Below, one piece after another: positions 1 through 12,710 of a stretch of 64,000 bases of DNA. A program made the position numbers and the translations under genes. The DNA is taken from contig NC_043024.1 of the NCBI RefSeq assembly GCF_006345805.1, positions 5,766,001 through 5,830,000 of the forward strand. The letters are read 5' to 3'. The DNA is from Octopus sinensis (taxonomy: Eukaryota). Under the pieces are notes generated by a model. The model had not been told where the DNA came from and did no database searches. It saw only the letters and a list, made by a program, of their open reading frames with translations. Positions within the stretch are counted from its first letter, which is position 1. Each line of letters opens with the position of its first letter.

Positions 1-65
1 CTCCAAGGCCAGTGCTCCAGCATGGCCACAGTCAAATGACTGAGACAAGTAAAAGATAAAAGATA
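1..65 (+). mobile_element. 3' tail of tRNA-derived SINE family A
   Basis: gtgctccagcatggccacagtcaaatgactgagacaagtaaaaga matches the tail of the full copies at 9755-10152 and 53751-54160. Confidence 0.85.
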
Positions 66-166
66 TACAATAATTAAGCAGATGACAAGGGAACAAGAAA
101 TTGTATCTTGAACTTCATCTCCTTTGTCACTTATTTAATTTCCTATTACACTCTGTACTTAATCTT

Positions 167-540
167 TTACTTGTTTCAGTCATTTGACTGTGGCCATGCT
201 GGAGCACCGCCTTTAGTTGAGCAAATCGACCCCAGGACTTATTCTTTGCAAACCTAGTACTTATTCTATTCTCTATTTTGCTGAACCGCTAGCTTATGGG
301 AACATAATCACACCAACATCGGTTGTCAAGTGATGTTGGGGGGGACAAACACACACACACATATATATACATATATACGACGGGCTTCTTTCAGTTTCTG
401 TTTTCCAAATCCATTCACAAGGCTTTGGTCAGCCCGAGACTATAGTAGAAGACACTTGCCCAAGGTTTCACGCAGTGTGAATGAACCAGGAACCATGTGG
501 TTGGTAAGCAAGCTACTTACCTCACAGCCACTCCTGCGCC
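167..540 (-). mobile_element. SINE family A, full length
   Basis: Reverse complement of aggcgcaggagtggctgtg...ggttc(a)ttcactgcgtg (A/B-box-like head), central (CA/TA)n tract, and tail ending gtaaaag. About 16 full or partial copies in the window. Confidence 0.9.
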
Positions 541-639
541 TAATTCTTGCCTAATTCTTTATTCTGAAGCATTTGTTTATTGAGTTCTAACACCAAGTTA
601 TTATTATCTGGCTCAGTGGAGCATCTTGCTGACAATCAT

Positions 640-850
640 GTGATAGTGAGTTAGGTTCTCGGACCGGGCTGCGCATTGTATCCTTGAGCAAGATACTTTA
701 TTTCACATTGCCCCAGTCCACTCAGCTGTAGCCATAAGTTGCATTGTCACCGGTGCCAAGCTATATCAGCCATTGCCTTTCCCTTGGATAACATCAAAAG
801 CGTAGAGAGGGGAGGCTGGGTGACTGCTGGTCTTCCATAAACAATCTTGC
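640..850 (+). mobile_element. SINE family D-like copy (V/CORE-like gtatccttgagcaagatacttt domain)
   Basis: Shares tgt(a/g)tccttgagcaaga(t/c)actttatttcac...ccagtccactc with the copies at 9375-9645 and 61195-61472; the 3' part differs. Confidence 0.6.
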
Positions 851-864
851 CCAGTGGTAATCAT

Positions 865-1060
865 CATCATTTAACATCCGTTTTCCATGCTGGCATGGGT
901 TGGACGGTTTGATAGAAGCTGAAGGGCTGTTCAGGCTCTGTCTGTCGTAGCAGCGTTTCTACAGTTGGATGCCCTTCCTAATGCCAACCACTTTACAGAG
1001 TGTACTGGGTGCGTTTACGCAACACTGGGACGAATGCTTTTTATGTGGAACCAGCCCCTA
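865..1060 (-). mobile_element. SINE family C (gttggcgttaggaagggcatcc...gatgatg tail)
   Basis: catcatcatttaacatccgttttccatgctggcatggg...ggatgcccttcctaatgccaacc recurs at 22935-23240, 30715-30860, 36050-36230, 48445-48655 and 57215-57420. Confidence 0.85.
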
Positions 1061-1376
1061 CGAGGCAAGATTAGAGGGTTGCTGGGAACAAGCTTTTATG
1101 CAAGGGCAAACATGCTTTTACTTAGCTTGGCAAGTCTTTCCAAGCATGGCAAACTGCCAGAAGTCTCGGTCCCTTATCATCCCCTCTGAGAGTCCCACTC
1201 TATACTAAACAGCTAAAGTGATCTAAATGAAAACCTATCAAAATTCATTTTCATTTGTTCCAAACTCCAGATTAATAATGATAATTATTTTACTATAAAT
1301 TCTTCATTTATTTAAAAATTCAGTTAAAACAAAAGCAAATTTTTATCAATATTTCAACAGAAATATTGCAACTCTC

Positions 1377-1660
1377 TTTTACTTGTTTCAGTCATTTGAC
1401 TGCGGCCATGCTGGAGCACCGCATTTAGTCGAGCAAATCGAGCCCAGTACTTATTCTATCGGTCTCTTTTGCCGAACCGCTAAGTGACGGGGACGTAAAC
1501 ACACCAGCATCGGTTGTCAAGCAATGCTAGGGGGACAAACACAGACACACAAACATATACACACACGTACATATATATATATACATATATACGACAGGCT
1601 TCTTTCAGTTTCCGTCTATGTGGTTGGTAAGCAAGCTACTTACCACACAGCCACTCCTGC
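1377..1660 (-). mobile_element. SINE family A with internal deletion
   Basis: Same consensus as 167-540 but jumps from tttccgtcta to tgtggttggtaagc. Confidence 0.9.
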
Positions 1661-1825
1661 GACTATAGGGGGTTAAATTGTATTCTTAAAAATCTTCAGC
1701 ACACTCTTTGAGAACCATTAATCTATCATTTCCCTTCATGGCTTATTTTTTATTTTTTTTGTATGTATGTAGTGTTTGTTTATGTTTTTTAATTTTTTTT
1801 TTTCTCTTTTTTTCTCTTTGATCAG

Positions 1826-3360
1826 GTCTAAGTGTTGAACTTGTCCAGCTGTCTCCTGACACCGCAGAAGACAACGGTCAGCAATCCCTCACGGTCCAGC
1901 CTTACATCATCACCAGTTCTACAGTGCCTTTAATTAACAGCACTTCTCCTCATCTCCTTCAACAACAACAACAACAGCAGCCTTCTCTCCCTGTCCCTCC
2001 TCCCACCACTCCTCCTCCTCCTCCCACCGACACCTCTGCTATTACTACTACACCAACCGTGCTCGCTGCCCCCAGCGCCGTGCTGCTCTCCAGTCAAGAA
2101 CATCATCAGCATCATCAACCACAGCAACAGCAGCAGCCACAGAATATAGCTATCCCATCAGCTTCCGCACCCTTGTCGATCTCCATAGCAACTGGGGCTC
2201 CGTTCCTCCCTCAGCCATCGTTGAACGCTGCTCCTTCACCCCCAGTTGTCTCTGCAAACACTCTCTCAGATCTTTCACCCATGGCACCCCCTGTGCCACC
2301 ATCTGCCTCCTCCACCGCCATCTCCGCTGCTGTTCCATCTTTGCCTTCACTGCCAGCCACCAACAACACAGATCCTACTCCTCCTACTTTGTCCACCGTC
2401 ACGCTGCCAGTTGTCCCCGCCCCTGCTGCAGCTGGCCATCAAGGTTTCCCCAACAGTGGTACTGCTACCCCAGCAGCAGCAGTGGTGGCAGACGGTGCCA
2501 CCCCAGTCAGCAACAACATTGGTGTGGTCACTGCCCTCTTGCCTTCAGGCGGTGTGTTACCAACAGCAGGAGCGATCCCGGCAGCCCTCATCCCGGGGCT
2601 CTCTCTGTCCCTGTCCAACTGCACTGTCAGCTTCATGAGAGAACTGAAGTCCAAACTGAACTCTGCCACTGTGGTGCCTGTCGTCATACCAACGCCTGCC
2701 GATCTCTCTCACAGCAACAACACAACTCTTTCGACGGCAAGCGTCAGCAGCTGCACCGACAGCAGCAATATCTCTGCAGATGCTGCTGCTGTTGTCGGTG
2801 GTGGTAGCGCAGATACTTTTATCATCTGTAATGATACCAATGTATTGTCTTCTAATAGTAATTGCCAAGACAACTGTTCGAATTTAGACAGCGGCAGCAA
2901 CATCAACATCTGTCCTGGGACCGTCTGTCATAACATTGACACCAACACCAGTCACTGTAACACCGAAGTTTGTCACAACAGCAGTGACACAAACACCAAC
3001 GCCTGTCACAACGTCGTTAACACAAACACCAACAGGTGTCAACACAACAGTAACACTAATACTAACACCAGTAACTGTCCCACTTCTAGCAGCATCAACC
3101 TCAGTCGACCAGAATTGGTTCCCACTACCTCGATAGTCAATGACACAGCCACGCCTCTAGTCAAGGCCACTGACGGAATGTTTGACGGCAGCTTGAATCC
3201 ACGTACCGTGTGCTGTATCCAGCCTTTCCACAGCGTCGGTACCACATGTTCCGACCCCCATAAAGGTGCTTTCATTCACTGGATCCCTTCTTCCTCTCCA
3301 ACAAGACCTGTTGACGAGTCTTCAGCTATGCTGGCTGCTCCACATGTCACCTCAGTATAG
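1826..3360 (+). CDS. Terminal coding exon of an unidentified host gene; low-complexity Q/P/T/A/S/N-rich region (about 511 aa)
   Basis: Polypyrimidine tract plus atcAG acceptor ending at 1825, with an in-frame TGA just upstream (1819-1821). Frame is open from GLSVELVQLSPDTAEDNGQQ... to TAG at 3358-3360. GC-rich relative to flanks; ATTAAA at 3394-3399. The listed 1924 start (GTG) is internal. Confidence 0.8.
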
Positions 3361-3544
3361 CAATTGGAAACCACTTGTTGATGTCTACAAGCAATTAAAA
3401 GAAAGAAAGAAAAAAACAAATTAATAATAGATTAACAATTAATGCAGTATATGAATTGACAGTTAAAGAATCTATCGTAAGTTATCGTCGTCATCAACAC
3501 TATCATCATCGTCATCATAATTATTAGTATTATCATTATTATTA

Positions 3545-3990
3545 AGATGGTGGCAAGCTGGCTGAATTGTTAACATATCGCAGTTGACTTTGCTTTTTAT
3601 TCGTTCGGGGTCGATAAAATAATTACCAGTTGAACACTGGGATTGAAGTAATCAGCTTATCCCTACTCTGAAATTGCTGGCCTTGTGCCAAAATTATTAT
3701 TAAGGCTTTGAACTGGCAGAATTTTGTTAGTGGCAAAAAAAATGGTTTGTGGTATTTCTTCTGGCGAACTGGCAGAATCGTTAGCACGCCGGGCGAAATG
3801 CGTAGCCGTATTTCATCTGCCTCTATGTTCTGAGTTCAAATTCTACCAAGGTCGACTTTGCCTTTCATACATTCGGGCTGACCAAAGCCTTGTGAGTGGA
3901 TTTGGTAGACGGAAACTGAAGGAAGCTCATACATATATGTGTGTGTGTCTGTGTTTGTTCTCCTCCAGAATTTGAACACTGAATGTAAAG
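3545..3990 (+). mobile_element. SINE family B (MetaSINE-like) copies; one is a B-head/A-body chimera
   Basis: Head gagctggcagaatcgttagc...gagttcaaattc and core gtcgactttgcctttcatcctttcggggtcgataaaataagtaccag, which resembles the Meta domain. At about 3870 it switches to the family A body (gggctgaccaaagccttgtgagtggatttgg). Confidence 0.8.
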
Positions 3991-4946
3991 CTAGAAGAAA
4001 TGCTGCCAAGCGTTTTATCCAGCCTGCTAACGGTTCTGCCAGCTCACTGCCTTAAAAATAAATAATAGGAATAGGAGAGAATGGTAATGACTGCTTCCAG
4101 CCTTCAGAATTGCCAGCCTTGCATCAAGGTAAGCGACAACCATTACTGATACAGTAATAACAATAATAATAATGATGATGGCCTGTCCCTCTGGAGACTA
4201 TGTGTGGGTGTTCAGTTTTTGCTGAACGGCCTGTGCAAATGGTTTGTTTATAATGATCAAATGTATGTGCTGCACATTAGCTCACTCTCTCCATCGAATC
4301 GTCTGTACAGGTGCAGTGTACCATGTGTCAGGTGTTAGTGATTGCAGAGCAATGCAAGATGAAGTGTTTTGCTCAAGAACGGAACACCCCACACAGTCTA
4401 GAAATTGAAACCCTGATCTCACAATCGTGAGTACAACACCCTAACCTCTAGGCCATGCCCCCTAGTTGTCTGACTTTGATTCAGAGGCAATCAATCTTGA
4501 AGGCTGGAAGCAGTTGTTACTATTATCCCCAGTATTTAACTGGTACGTTATTTTTTCAGCCCTGTGAGGATTAATGGCAAAGTGGGTCTCTACAGGTTTT
4601 AAACTCAAAATATAAAAAGCTCAAGTATTGCAGGAATTCTAATAATAATAATAATAATCCTCTTTAGGCATGAGACATGGACTTTTGCGGTCAAGTCTAA
4701 CTAATGACATCGACCTCAGTGCTCAACTGGTACTTATTTTAATTGACCCTGCAAGTATGAAAGGCCAAGGTTGATCTCAAGGTGTGAGGTCTGCAATTTT
4801 GAGGGGACAGTGTTTGTGAATACCATTGACCCTAGTGCTTGACTGGGACCTTATTTTATTGATTCCAAATGGATGAGAAGCAAAGCTGACCTCAACTGCA
4901 TTTGAACTCAGAACACAGAGCTAGAATATAATAATAATAATAATTT

Positions 4947-5378
4947 CTTAAACCCTTTAGCTTTTAGATTATTTTGTCAACTGTAATGTTTATTTATTCG
5001 CGTTGTTTTGATTTAATCCTGCGTTGTCTTAGAGCTTTGAAATTTCAATGATGTGATTGTTTCTCTTTAGAATAACATTGTTGGGTAGGTGTGAGAGGCA
5101 AGATCTGGTTGGTTTGAACACAAAACAGGGAGAGTATTTGGGGCTAATATGGCTGGTTTAACCCTTTAGTACTCAGATTATCCTGTCAAATGTAATCTTT
5201 ATTCTCATTGTTTTGGATTAATCATACATTATCTCATAGCTTCAAGATTTTGATGATCTGATTGTATAGTTTTAGAATGACATTGTAGGGTAGGTGTGAG
5301 AGGCCAAATTTGATCAGGTTCAACATAAAACTAGAATATTTGAGCCCAATATGGCCAGTTTAAATGCTAAAGAGTTAA
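4947..5378. mobile_element. Two tandem TTAA-flanked MITE-like elements (piggyBac-type ends)
   Basis: ttaa(a)ccctttagc...aatgctaaagagttaa termini; two ~215-bp similar units joined at a ttaa (about 5158). Confidence 0.6.
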
Positions 5379-5429
5379 AGCAACAGAGCTGTTGGAATCG
5401 GTAAACTACCTGCCTAGGTTAATTTCTAA

Positions 5430-6300
5430 TTATTTGGTTTGTAGAATTGTTAGCATGCCAAGCAAATTGTTTAGCAGCATTTTGTTCATCTTCACGTTCT
5501 GAGTTCAAATTCCACCGAGGTCAACTTTTCCTTTCATCCTTTCGGGGGCGATAAAATAAGTAGTGGTTTTTTTTTTGGGTTTTTTTTATGTAATCGACTT
5601 AACCCCTCCCACCGAAATTTCAGGTCATGTACCAAAATTTGAAACCATTATTATTAAGGTGGTGAGCTGGCAGAATCGTTAGCATGCTTAGCAGTATTTT
5701 GTCTGTTGCTACGTTCTGAGTTCAAATTCTGCCATGGTCGACTTCACCTTTCGTCCTTTCAGGGTTGATAAATTAAATACCAGTTGCATATTGGTGGGTG
5801 GATGGGTGGGGGATTGGTCTAATTAACTGGCCCCCACCTCCCCTGAAATTTCAGGCCTTGTGCCCCATCGTAGAAAGAATTATTGGGGTGCTAAGCTAAC
5901 AGACTAGTGGTACATTCAACAAAATGCTTTGTTGTATTTCTTCCAATTCTTTACATACTGAGTTCAAACTCTGCTATGGTCAACTTTGCCTTTCATCTTT
6001 TTGGGCGTTGATGAAATAAGTACCAGTTACGTACTGGGGTTTATTTAATTGACTGACTCCTCTAGCTAAAACTACTGGCCTTGTGCCATAATTTAAAACT
6101 TTTGTTGTTTGTTGGTACTAAAATCGTTAGAGCGTCAGACAAAATGCCTTGTGGTGTTTAGTTATAGCTCTTTGCATTCCTAGTTCAAATCCCACCAAAG
6201 TCAGCCTTGCCTTTCATCCCTCCAAGGGCAATTTAATTGACTACCCCTTGCCCATCCTCCTACTCTCACAAATTGTGGCCTTATGCCTCTGTTGATCTTA
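5430..6300 (+). mobile_element. Head-to-tail array of SINE family B (ATT-tailed subfamily), 4-5 copies
   Basis: Repeated head + Meta-like core + ggccttgtgcc...attattatt tail. Confidence 0.85.
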
Positions 6301-6896
6301 TATCAGCTATTACTTAGTAGAGCTGTAGAGCAAGACACTCCAACCATGACCATCCTGTCTTTTCGTCCCACTAATAGTATATCCAAGAGTATATCATCCA
6401 ATATGTTCCCTTTTTTTTTTTTAAGGTAAGAGGATGTGATTTGAAATTTAGCAATTTCTTGCAGCTCAGGTGACCACCCAGAGATTCTCTCATTGGTCAG
6501 CTCGTTAATCATTGGTGCTATTGTGGCAAGTAAAATGTAAACTCCAATGTCTTGCATGGACAGGTGATGCATGCATAAACATCACCACATCACATTTCCT
6601 GTCTATGGCTTTGTACTGGCCATTGTTGATAAGTGCAAAGGCTAGGTGAATATTGAACCTAACACTCCGGACCTCCAGGCTAGGTGAACTTCATGCCTTC
6701 TCCACTAACATCTATTCTTTAGATTGTCCCCATTCTGGGGCAAGTTCCTCCATGCCACTTGCCTATTTTAAGCTTTGTGCCTTTTTTTTTTCTTTAATAA
6801 ATTCTTATTTTTTACAACTGTGGCCCTCATCTGGTTGTCTACAGGCCCTTAATAAACTCTAAACGGATTTGTAACTGTACAATCTGTTTAATAATA

Positions 6897-7190
6897 ATAA
6901 TAATTTCATTTATTTGCCACCAGGGCAAAGGATGAGGGGGCAATACAAAACAGTGTGGAGGTTTATAGATAATGAAATGATAAAATAAATGAATATAATA
7001 AAAAAAAAAGTGTAGACGATATACGATAAAAAGGGAAATATATCTAGTGTACAAAGGCTAACCAAAAACAAGTGGGGTGGATGGTAGAGATGTGGTCCTC
7101 CTGATACAGGATGACCTCTGGGGATAATCAAGGAGCCCCCACCTTCTAAGACCTCCCTGAACACCAAGGACAAGGGAATGATCATAACTT
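6897..7190 (-). mobile_element. 3' end fragment of a Tx1/L1-like LINE
   Basis: Ends ttgtattgccccctcatcctttgccctggtggcaaataaatgaaatta, similar to the 3' end of the element at 17358-21985. Confidence 0.5.
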
Positions 7191-7689
7191 GCTTGGAACA
7201 GCTTCAGACAACTGTACAGTACAAGAATTTTTTTTTTTGTGGGAACAGTATGAATGCTGCAAGTTTCAGATTAATCCTTAACCCTAGGGTCTTATATTTA
7301 TGCAATAAAGCTCTGAATATTTCCAGCCAAAGTCAAGACATTAATAGCAGCTGACTGTGGTAGGATTGTTTGCTATCCCAGTTCATTACCTGCCTACCCC
7401 CGATAAAACAGGATACCCTGGAGTCATTGCTTGCTCAACCAACATGCTCCAGTATGACCAGTCAGTTCTGTTGGTCTCACTCTAGTGCCACCTAGGTTTT
7501 CCACTCACTAATATGGCCCAATCTAACAAGTTGAATTTACTAGTCTCATTGTGCTTCCCCCCTAAACCACCTCTTGCCCAACATGCCCCCAGTTTGGTCA
7601 GCTTACTCTATTAGTCTCATTCTGCTCTGCGCAAGGTTCCCTCTCACCATCTTGCCCCAATCTAACCAGCTGAAACCAGTTGGCAGCAG

Positions 7690-8935
7690 TGTTACCACAT
7701 TGAACAAATTGCTTCACAGCATTTCTTTTGACTTAACCTTCTGAGTTCAAATGCCACTGAGATGAACTTTGCCCTTCATCCCTTTAGGGTCAATGTAATT
7801 GACTAGCCCCCAGCCCCCAGCCCCCACTCCCCAAATTTCAGGCCTTGTGCTTATATTAGAAAGAATGATTATTATTTTTATTATTAAGGTGCTGAGCTGG
7901 CAAAATCGTTAGCACACTGGGCGAAATGCTTAGCAGTATTTCGTCTACCACTATGTTACGAGTTCAAATTCTGCTGAGGTCAACTTTACCTTTCATCCTT
8001 ACAGGGTCGATTAAATAAGTACCAGTTACATACAGGGGTCGATGTAATCAACTTAATCTTTTCCCCCAAATTCAGGGTCTTGCGCTTCCAGTAGAAAAGA
8101 TTATTATTAGTTCTAATGCTGCCGAGGTAGACTTAGCATTTCATCTTTTTGGATCGATAAAACAAGTACCAGTTGAGTATTGGGGTCGAAGTAATTAATT
8201 ATCCTCCCCATCTCAATTTCAGGCCTTGCACCTTTAGAAGAGAGGATTATTATTAAGTCAGCAAGCTGGCAGAATTGTTAGCACACCGGGAGAAATGCTT
8301 AGTGGCATCTCATCCATTTTTACATTCTGAGTTCAAGTTCTGCTGGGGTCAACTTTGCCTTTCATATTTTTGGGGTCAATAAATTAAGTACCAGTGAAAC
8401 ACTGGGGGGTCAATATAATCGACTAGTCCTCTCCCACCAAATTTCAGGCCTTGTGCCTTTAGTAGGAAGGGTTATTATTAATATCGTCAAGGCAACGAGC
8501 TGGCAGAATCGTTAGCACACTGGGCAAAATGCCTAGCAGCATTTTGTCCAATCTTCATGTTCTGAGTTCAAATTCCACCAAGATCGACTTTGCCTTTCAT
8601 CCTTTCAGGGTCAATAAGTACCAGTTGCATACTGAGGTCAATGTAATCGACTAGCCCCCCCACCCCCACCCCTCTCCGCAAAAATTTCAGGCGTTGTGCC
8701 TTTAGTAGAAAAGATTATTATTAAGGTGGTCAGCTGACAGAATTGTTACCGTGACAGTCAAAATGCTTAGCATTTCGTCCATCTTTATGTTCTGAGTTCA
8801 AATCCCACCAAGGTCGACTTTGCTTTTTATCCTTTGCTTTTTGTATTTCACTGACCCAGTGAAATAAGTACCAGTTGAGTACTGGGGTTCACGTAATCAA
8901 CTTACCTCTTCCTCTAAAATTACTGGCTTTCAAGG
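7690..8935 (+). mobile_element. Head-to-tail array of six SINE family B copies
   Basis: Units start near 7690, 7887, 8110, 8255, 8488 and 8723, each following the (ATT)n tail of the previous one. Confidence 0.9.
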
Positions 8936-8989
8936 TGGTGCCCCAGCATGGCTGCTGTCCAGTAACTGAAACAAGTAAAAGATGCACAC

Positions 8990-11199
8990 ACATATATACA
9001 TATGTGGCACCTTGGGCAAGTATTTTCTACTATAGCCTCGGGTCGACCAAAGCCTTGTGAGTGGATTTGGTAAACGGAAACTGAAAGAAGCCCGTCATAT
9101 ATATATGTATATATATGTATGTGTCTGTGTTTGTCCCCCTAGCATTGCTTGACAACCGATGCTGGTGTGTTTATGTCCCCGTCACTTAGCGGTTCAGCAA
9201 AAGAGACTGATAGAATAAGAACTGGGCTTACAAAGAATAAGTCCCGGGGTCGAGTTGCTCGATTAAAGGCGGTGCACCAGCATGGCCGCAGTCAAAATGA
9301 CTGAAACAAGTAAAAAAAAAAAAATATATACACACATTTTCATGGGATTTTACCAGTGGTACTAATTAATTGTAAGGTTGGGAGTTCAATTCCAGGCAAC
9401 GCGTTGTGTCCTTGAGCAAGACACTTTACTTCACCTTGCTCCAGTCCACTCTGCTGGCAAAAATGAGTAGTACCTGTATTTCAAGGGGTCAGCCTTGTCA
9501 CATTCTGTGTCATGCTGAATCTCCCAGAGATGTTAAGGGTACGTGCGTCTGTGGAGTACTCAGCCACTTGCACGTTATTTTCATGAGCAGGCTTTTCCAT
9601 TGATCGGATCAGCTGGAACCCTTGTTGTCGTAACCGACGATGCACTAGTAGCAGTGGTTCAATCCCTGTCATATTCTGAGGGCCAAGTCACTTGGCTCAG
9701 CTAGACTTATCGCTACAAAGGGATGGGTGGGGAATAAAAAGAAAAATAACATAGTGCAGGAGTGGCTGTGTGGTAAGTAGCTTGCTTACCAACCACATGG
9801 TTCTGGGTTCAGTCCCACTGCGTGGCACCTTGGGCAAGTGCCTTCTACTATAGCCTCGGGCCGACCAAAGCCTTGTGAGTGGATTTGGTAGACGGAAACT
9901 GAAAGAAGCCCATCGTATATATGTATATATATATATATATATATGTGTGTGCCTGTGTTTGTCCCCCTAGCATTGCTTGACAACCGACGCTGGTGTGTTT
10001 ATGTCCCTGTCACTTAGCGGTTCGGCAAAAAGAGACCGATAGAATAAGTACTGGGCTTACAAAGAATAAGTCCCAGCGTCGAATTGCTCGATTAAAGGCA
10101 GTGCTCCAGCATGGCCGCAGTCAAATGACTGAAACAAGTAAAGAGAGTAAAGAGTATATGATGATAACAGCTGATGATGATGATGATGACCAAAAAAAAA
10201 ACTATATTTACCTAGTTTCACACTAGTAAATTATTTATTATTATTATTATTATTGCGGTGGTTAACTGGCAGAATTGTTTGTGTCGGTGGGGGGACAATA
10301 CTCTGTGGTATTTGTTCCATCTCATCACTTTCTGATTTCAATTCTTGCTAAGGCCAACTTTTGCCTTTCATCCTTCTGGGGTCGATTAAATTAAAGCATC
10401 ATTCAGATGCTGAGGGAGTTGATACTATCAACTAACACTCTCTTTCTGTCCCCTCTCAAAAATTGCTGGCCTTGTGCCTAAATCAGAAGTTTTTATTATT
10501 ATTATTATTATGACCAAATGTAATAATAATAGTATTAATTTTTTTGTTGTTTTATAAAAAAAAAATGGACAGCTTTTATTAAAGCAATAATTTATAACAA
10601 AGTTTTAGAGAACTGACGAAGAAAAACGAAACTTTTTTTCTAAATTATAAAAAAAAAATCATTTTTTTCCTCCCCGTCCCCAAATTAATTTATTCATTTT
10701 TTAGCCTGTGCCCCCTCCACCACCCCCATGCCTCTTCCTCCCCCTCCACAACAAAAAATTATTTTAGTGACCAACCCTACCAACTGCCCCATCCCCCACC
10801 CCTAACCCTTATAGTTTTAAAATTTACCCAAATTAAACAACTTCAGGGCAAAATCCCTTTTGCTGTTGTCTTTCGGTTTTTTTTTTCTTTTGTATGTTCT
10901 TTGCAGGCTTTTTTTTTTTTTGCTATTGTTTAGCGCTTGGTCAGCCTTGATCGAGCTGAGCAGAGCTATGATCAAAGGAAATCCAATATGCCCATTATAT
11001 GTGTATGTATGTGTGTGTGTGTGTGGTGTGTGTGTATGTATGTGCAGGAGTGGCTGTGTGGTAAGTAGCTTGCTTACCAACCACATGCTTCTGGGTTCAG
11101 TCCCACTGTGTGGCACCTTGGACAAGTGTCTTCTATAGCCTTGAACCAACCAAAGCCTTGTGAGTGGATTTGGTAAATGGAAACTGAAAGAAGCCCATC

Positions 11200-11268
<69 letters not shown>

Positions 11269-11445
11269 ATATATATATATAATGTGTGTATTTGTACCCA
11301 CCAACATTGCTTGACAACCAATGCTGGTGTGTTTACATCCCCGTAACTTAGAAGTTTGGCTAAAGAAACGGATAGAATAAGTCCTGAGGTCGATTTGCTC
11401 GAATAAAGGCAGTGCTCCAGCATGGCCACAGTCATATGACAAACA
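8990..11445 (+). mobile_element. SINE cluster: family A at 8990-9325, 9755-10152 and 11043-11445; family D at 9375-9645; family B at 10255-10490
   Basis: Direct similarity to the other in-window copies. Confidence 0.85.
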
Positions 11446-11562
11446 AAAGAAAAAATGAATATATGTATATATATACACACGTGTGTGTGATATATATCAA
11501 AAGGATATGTTATAACATTAATCCCCATATATAAAAACAGCCATACCAACAATCCAACATAC

Positions 11563-11680
11563 CTCCATCATCAGCTGCCCCATGGATGTCATTATGGTTT
11601 TGACACCTGGGCAGTACCACTGAATCTGGTGGTGTCAGCAGCACTAAAAGAAGTGCTGTTTGGGAATAAACATACCGAAA
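11563..11680 (-). CDS. Possible small host exon (uncertain boundaries and frame)
   Basis: Non-repetitive GC-balanced island ending at a strong donor GGAG|gtatgt (11563/11562). Candidate frames ...LLTPPDSVVLPRCQNHNDIHGAADDG or ...STSFSAADTTRFSGTAQVSKP*. Acceptor is ambiguous. Confidence 0.3.
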
Positions 11681-12710
11681 AAAAAAACACACAACTTTCA
11701 AACACATTTACCCTGTGTACCACAGTATTCAATCAAATATAGGCTGGATTAAACACTAACTTTAAAATTAAACTACAACAAGGAAACTCATAAATCTATG
11801 TACATCTCTATCGGTATTAATAGTAAACCTACAATAATTAAATTATATCCTAAATAGTGACCAATCTTTAAGTCCATACCAATAATAATCCTACCAGTCT
11901 TCCATAGTTTCTACTATAATAATAGAAAGTGAAAGTTTTATTTCATTTCTCTCCAAAACAAAAACAGAATTGAATTTAATGAATAATTATTATAATTAGG
12001 AGTGAAATACATAATTTCATAAGTCAAAAGTTAATAATAAAAACACTCCATACTTTTAATATATATTACCCTTACAAGCTATAATGTAAACTTACCAGTA
12101 ATTAATAAAAACAATTTTATAAATAGGAACTAATAAAGAGATATTTGTAATTAACTATTTTTATAAAACTTTGCTATGATTAAAGCTAAATTAAAACTGT
12201 TTAAAAGATAATGAATCAGCACAGACTTTTAACAATTACATGTTTTTTTCAAACCACATGGTTCATCATTTCCAGAACTTAAAAGATTAATTATAGATGA
12301 CATAGTACGTAATTACTGCTTCCTCAATTGTCTTGAAGAACATTGGTGACGTAGTAAGCAAATAATTTCAATCATAAACATTCCAAATCTTTACAAATAT
12401 TTGTTAAGTTGAGACAAGATACTACCCCATGTTTATTTAAAATTTGAAGTCTCCCACCTAAACAGCAGTTACAAGTTTTAACCACTCTATTATATCTCTA
12501 CCCTTGTTTTATTAAATGTCTTAAGTTTATTTATTCTACACGCACAGTAGTAGCAGGGATGAGAAATAACAAACTTCAGGTTAGTTCAGACATGTTTCTG
12601 ATATATTTTAATTTCTAATGTCATTTTCTCTCCAGTTTATCATAGAGAAAATTTATTGCTAATGGTATAAAGCATAAAAACATCTTATCTGGTCAGTGTT
12701 TCCTTCTAGC

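Noticed and set aside
10610-10640. CTGACGA...GAAAC and 59535 CTGAAGAGC as hammerheads
   Set aside because: No stem I/II pairing in the first; no GAAA in the second.
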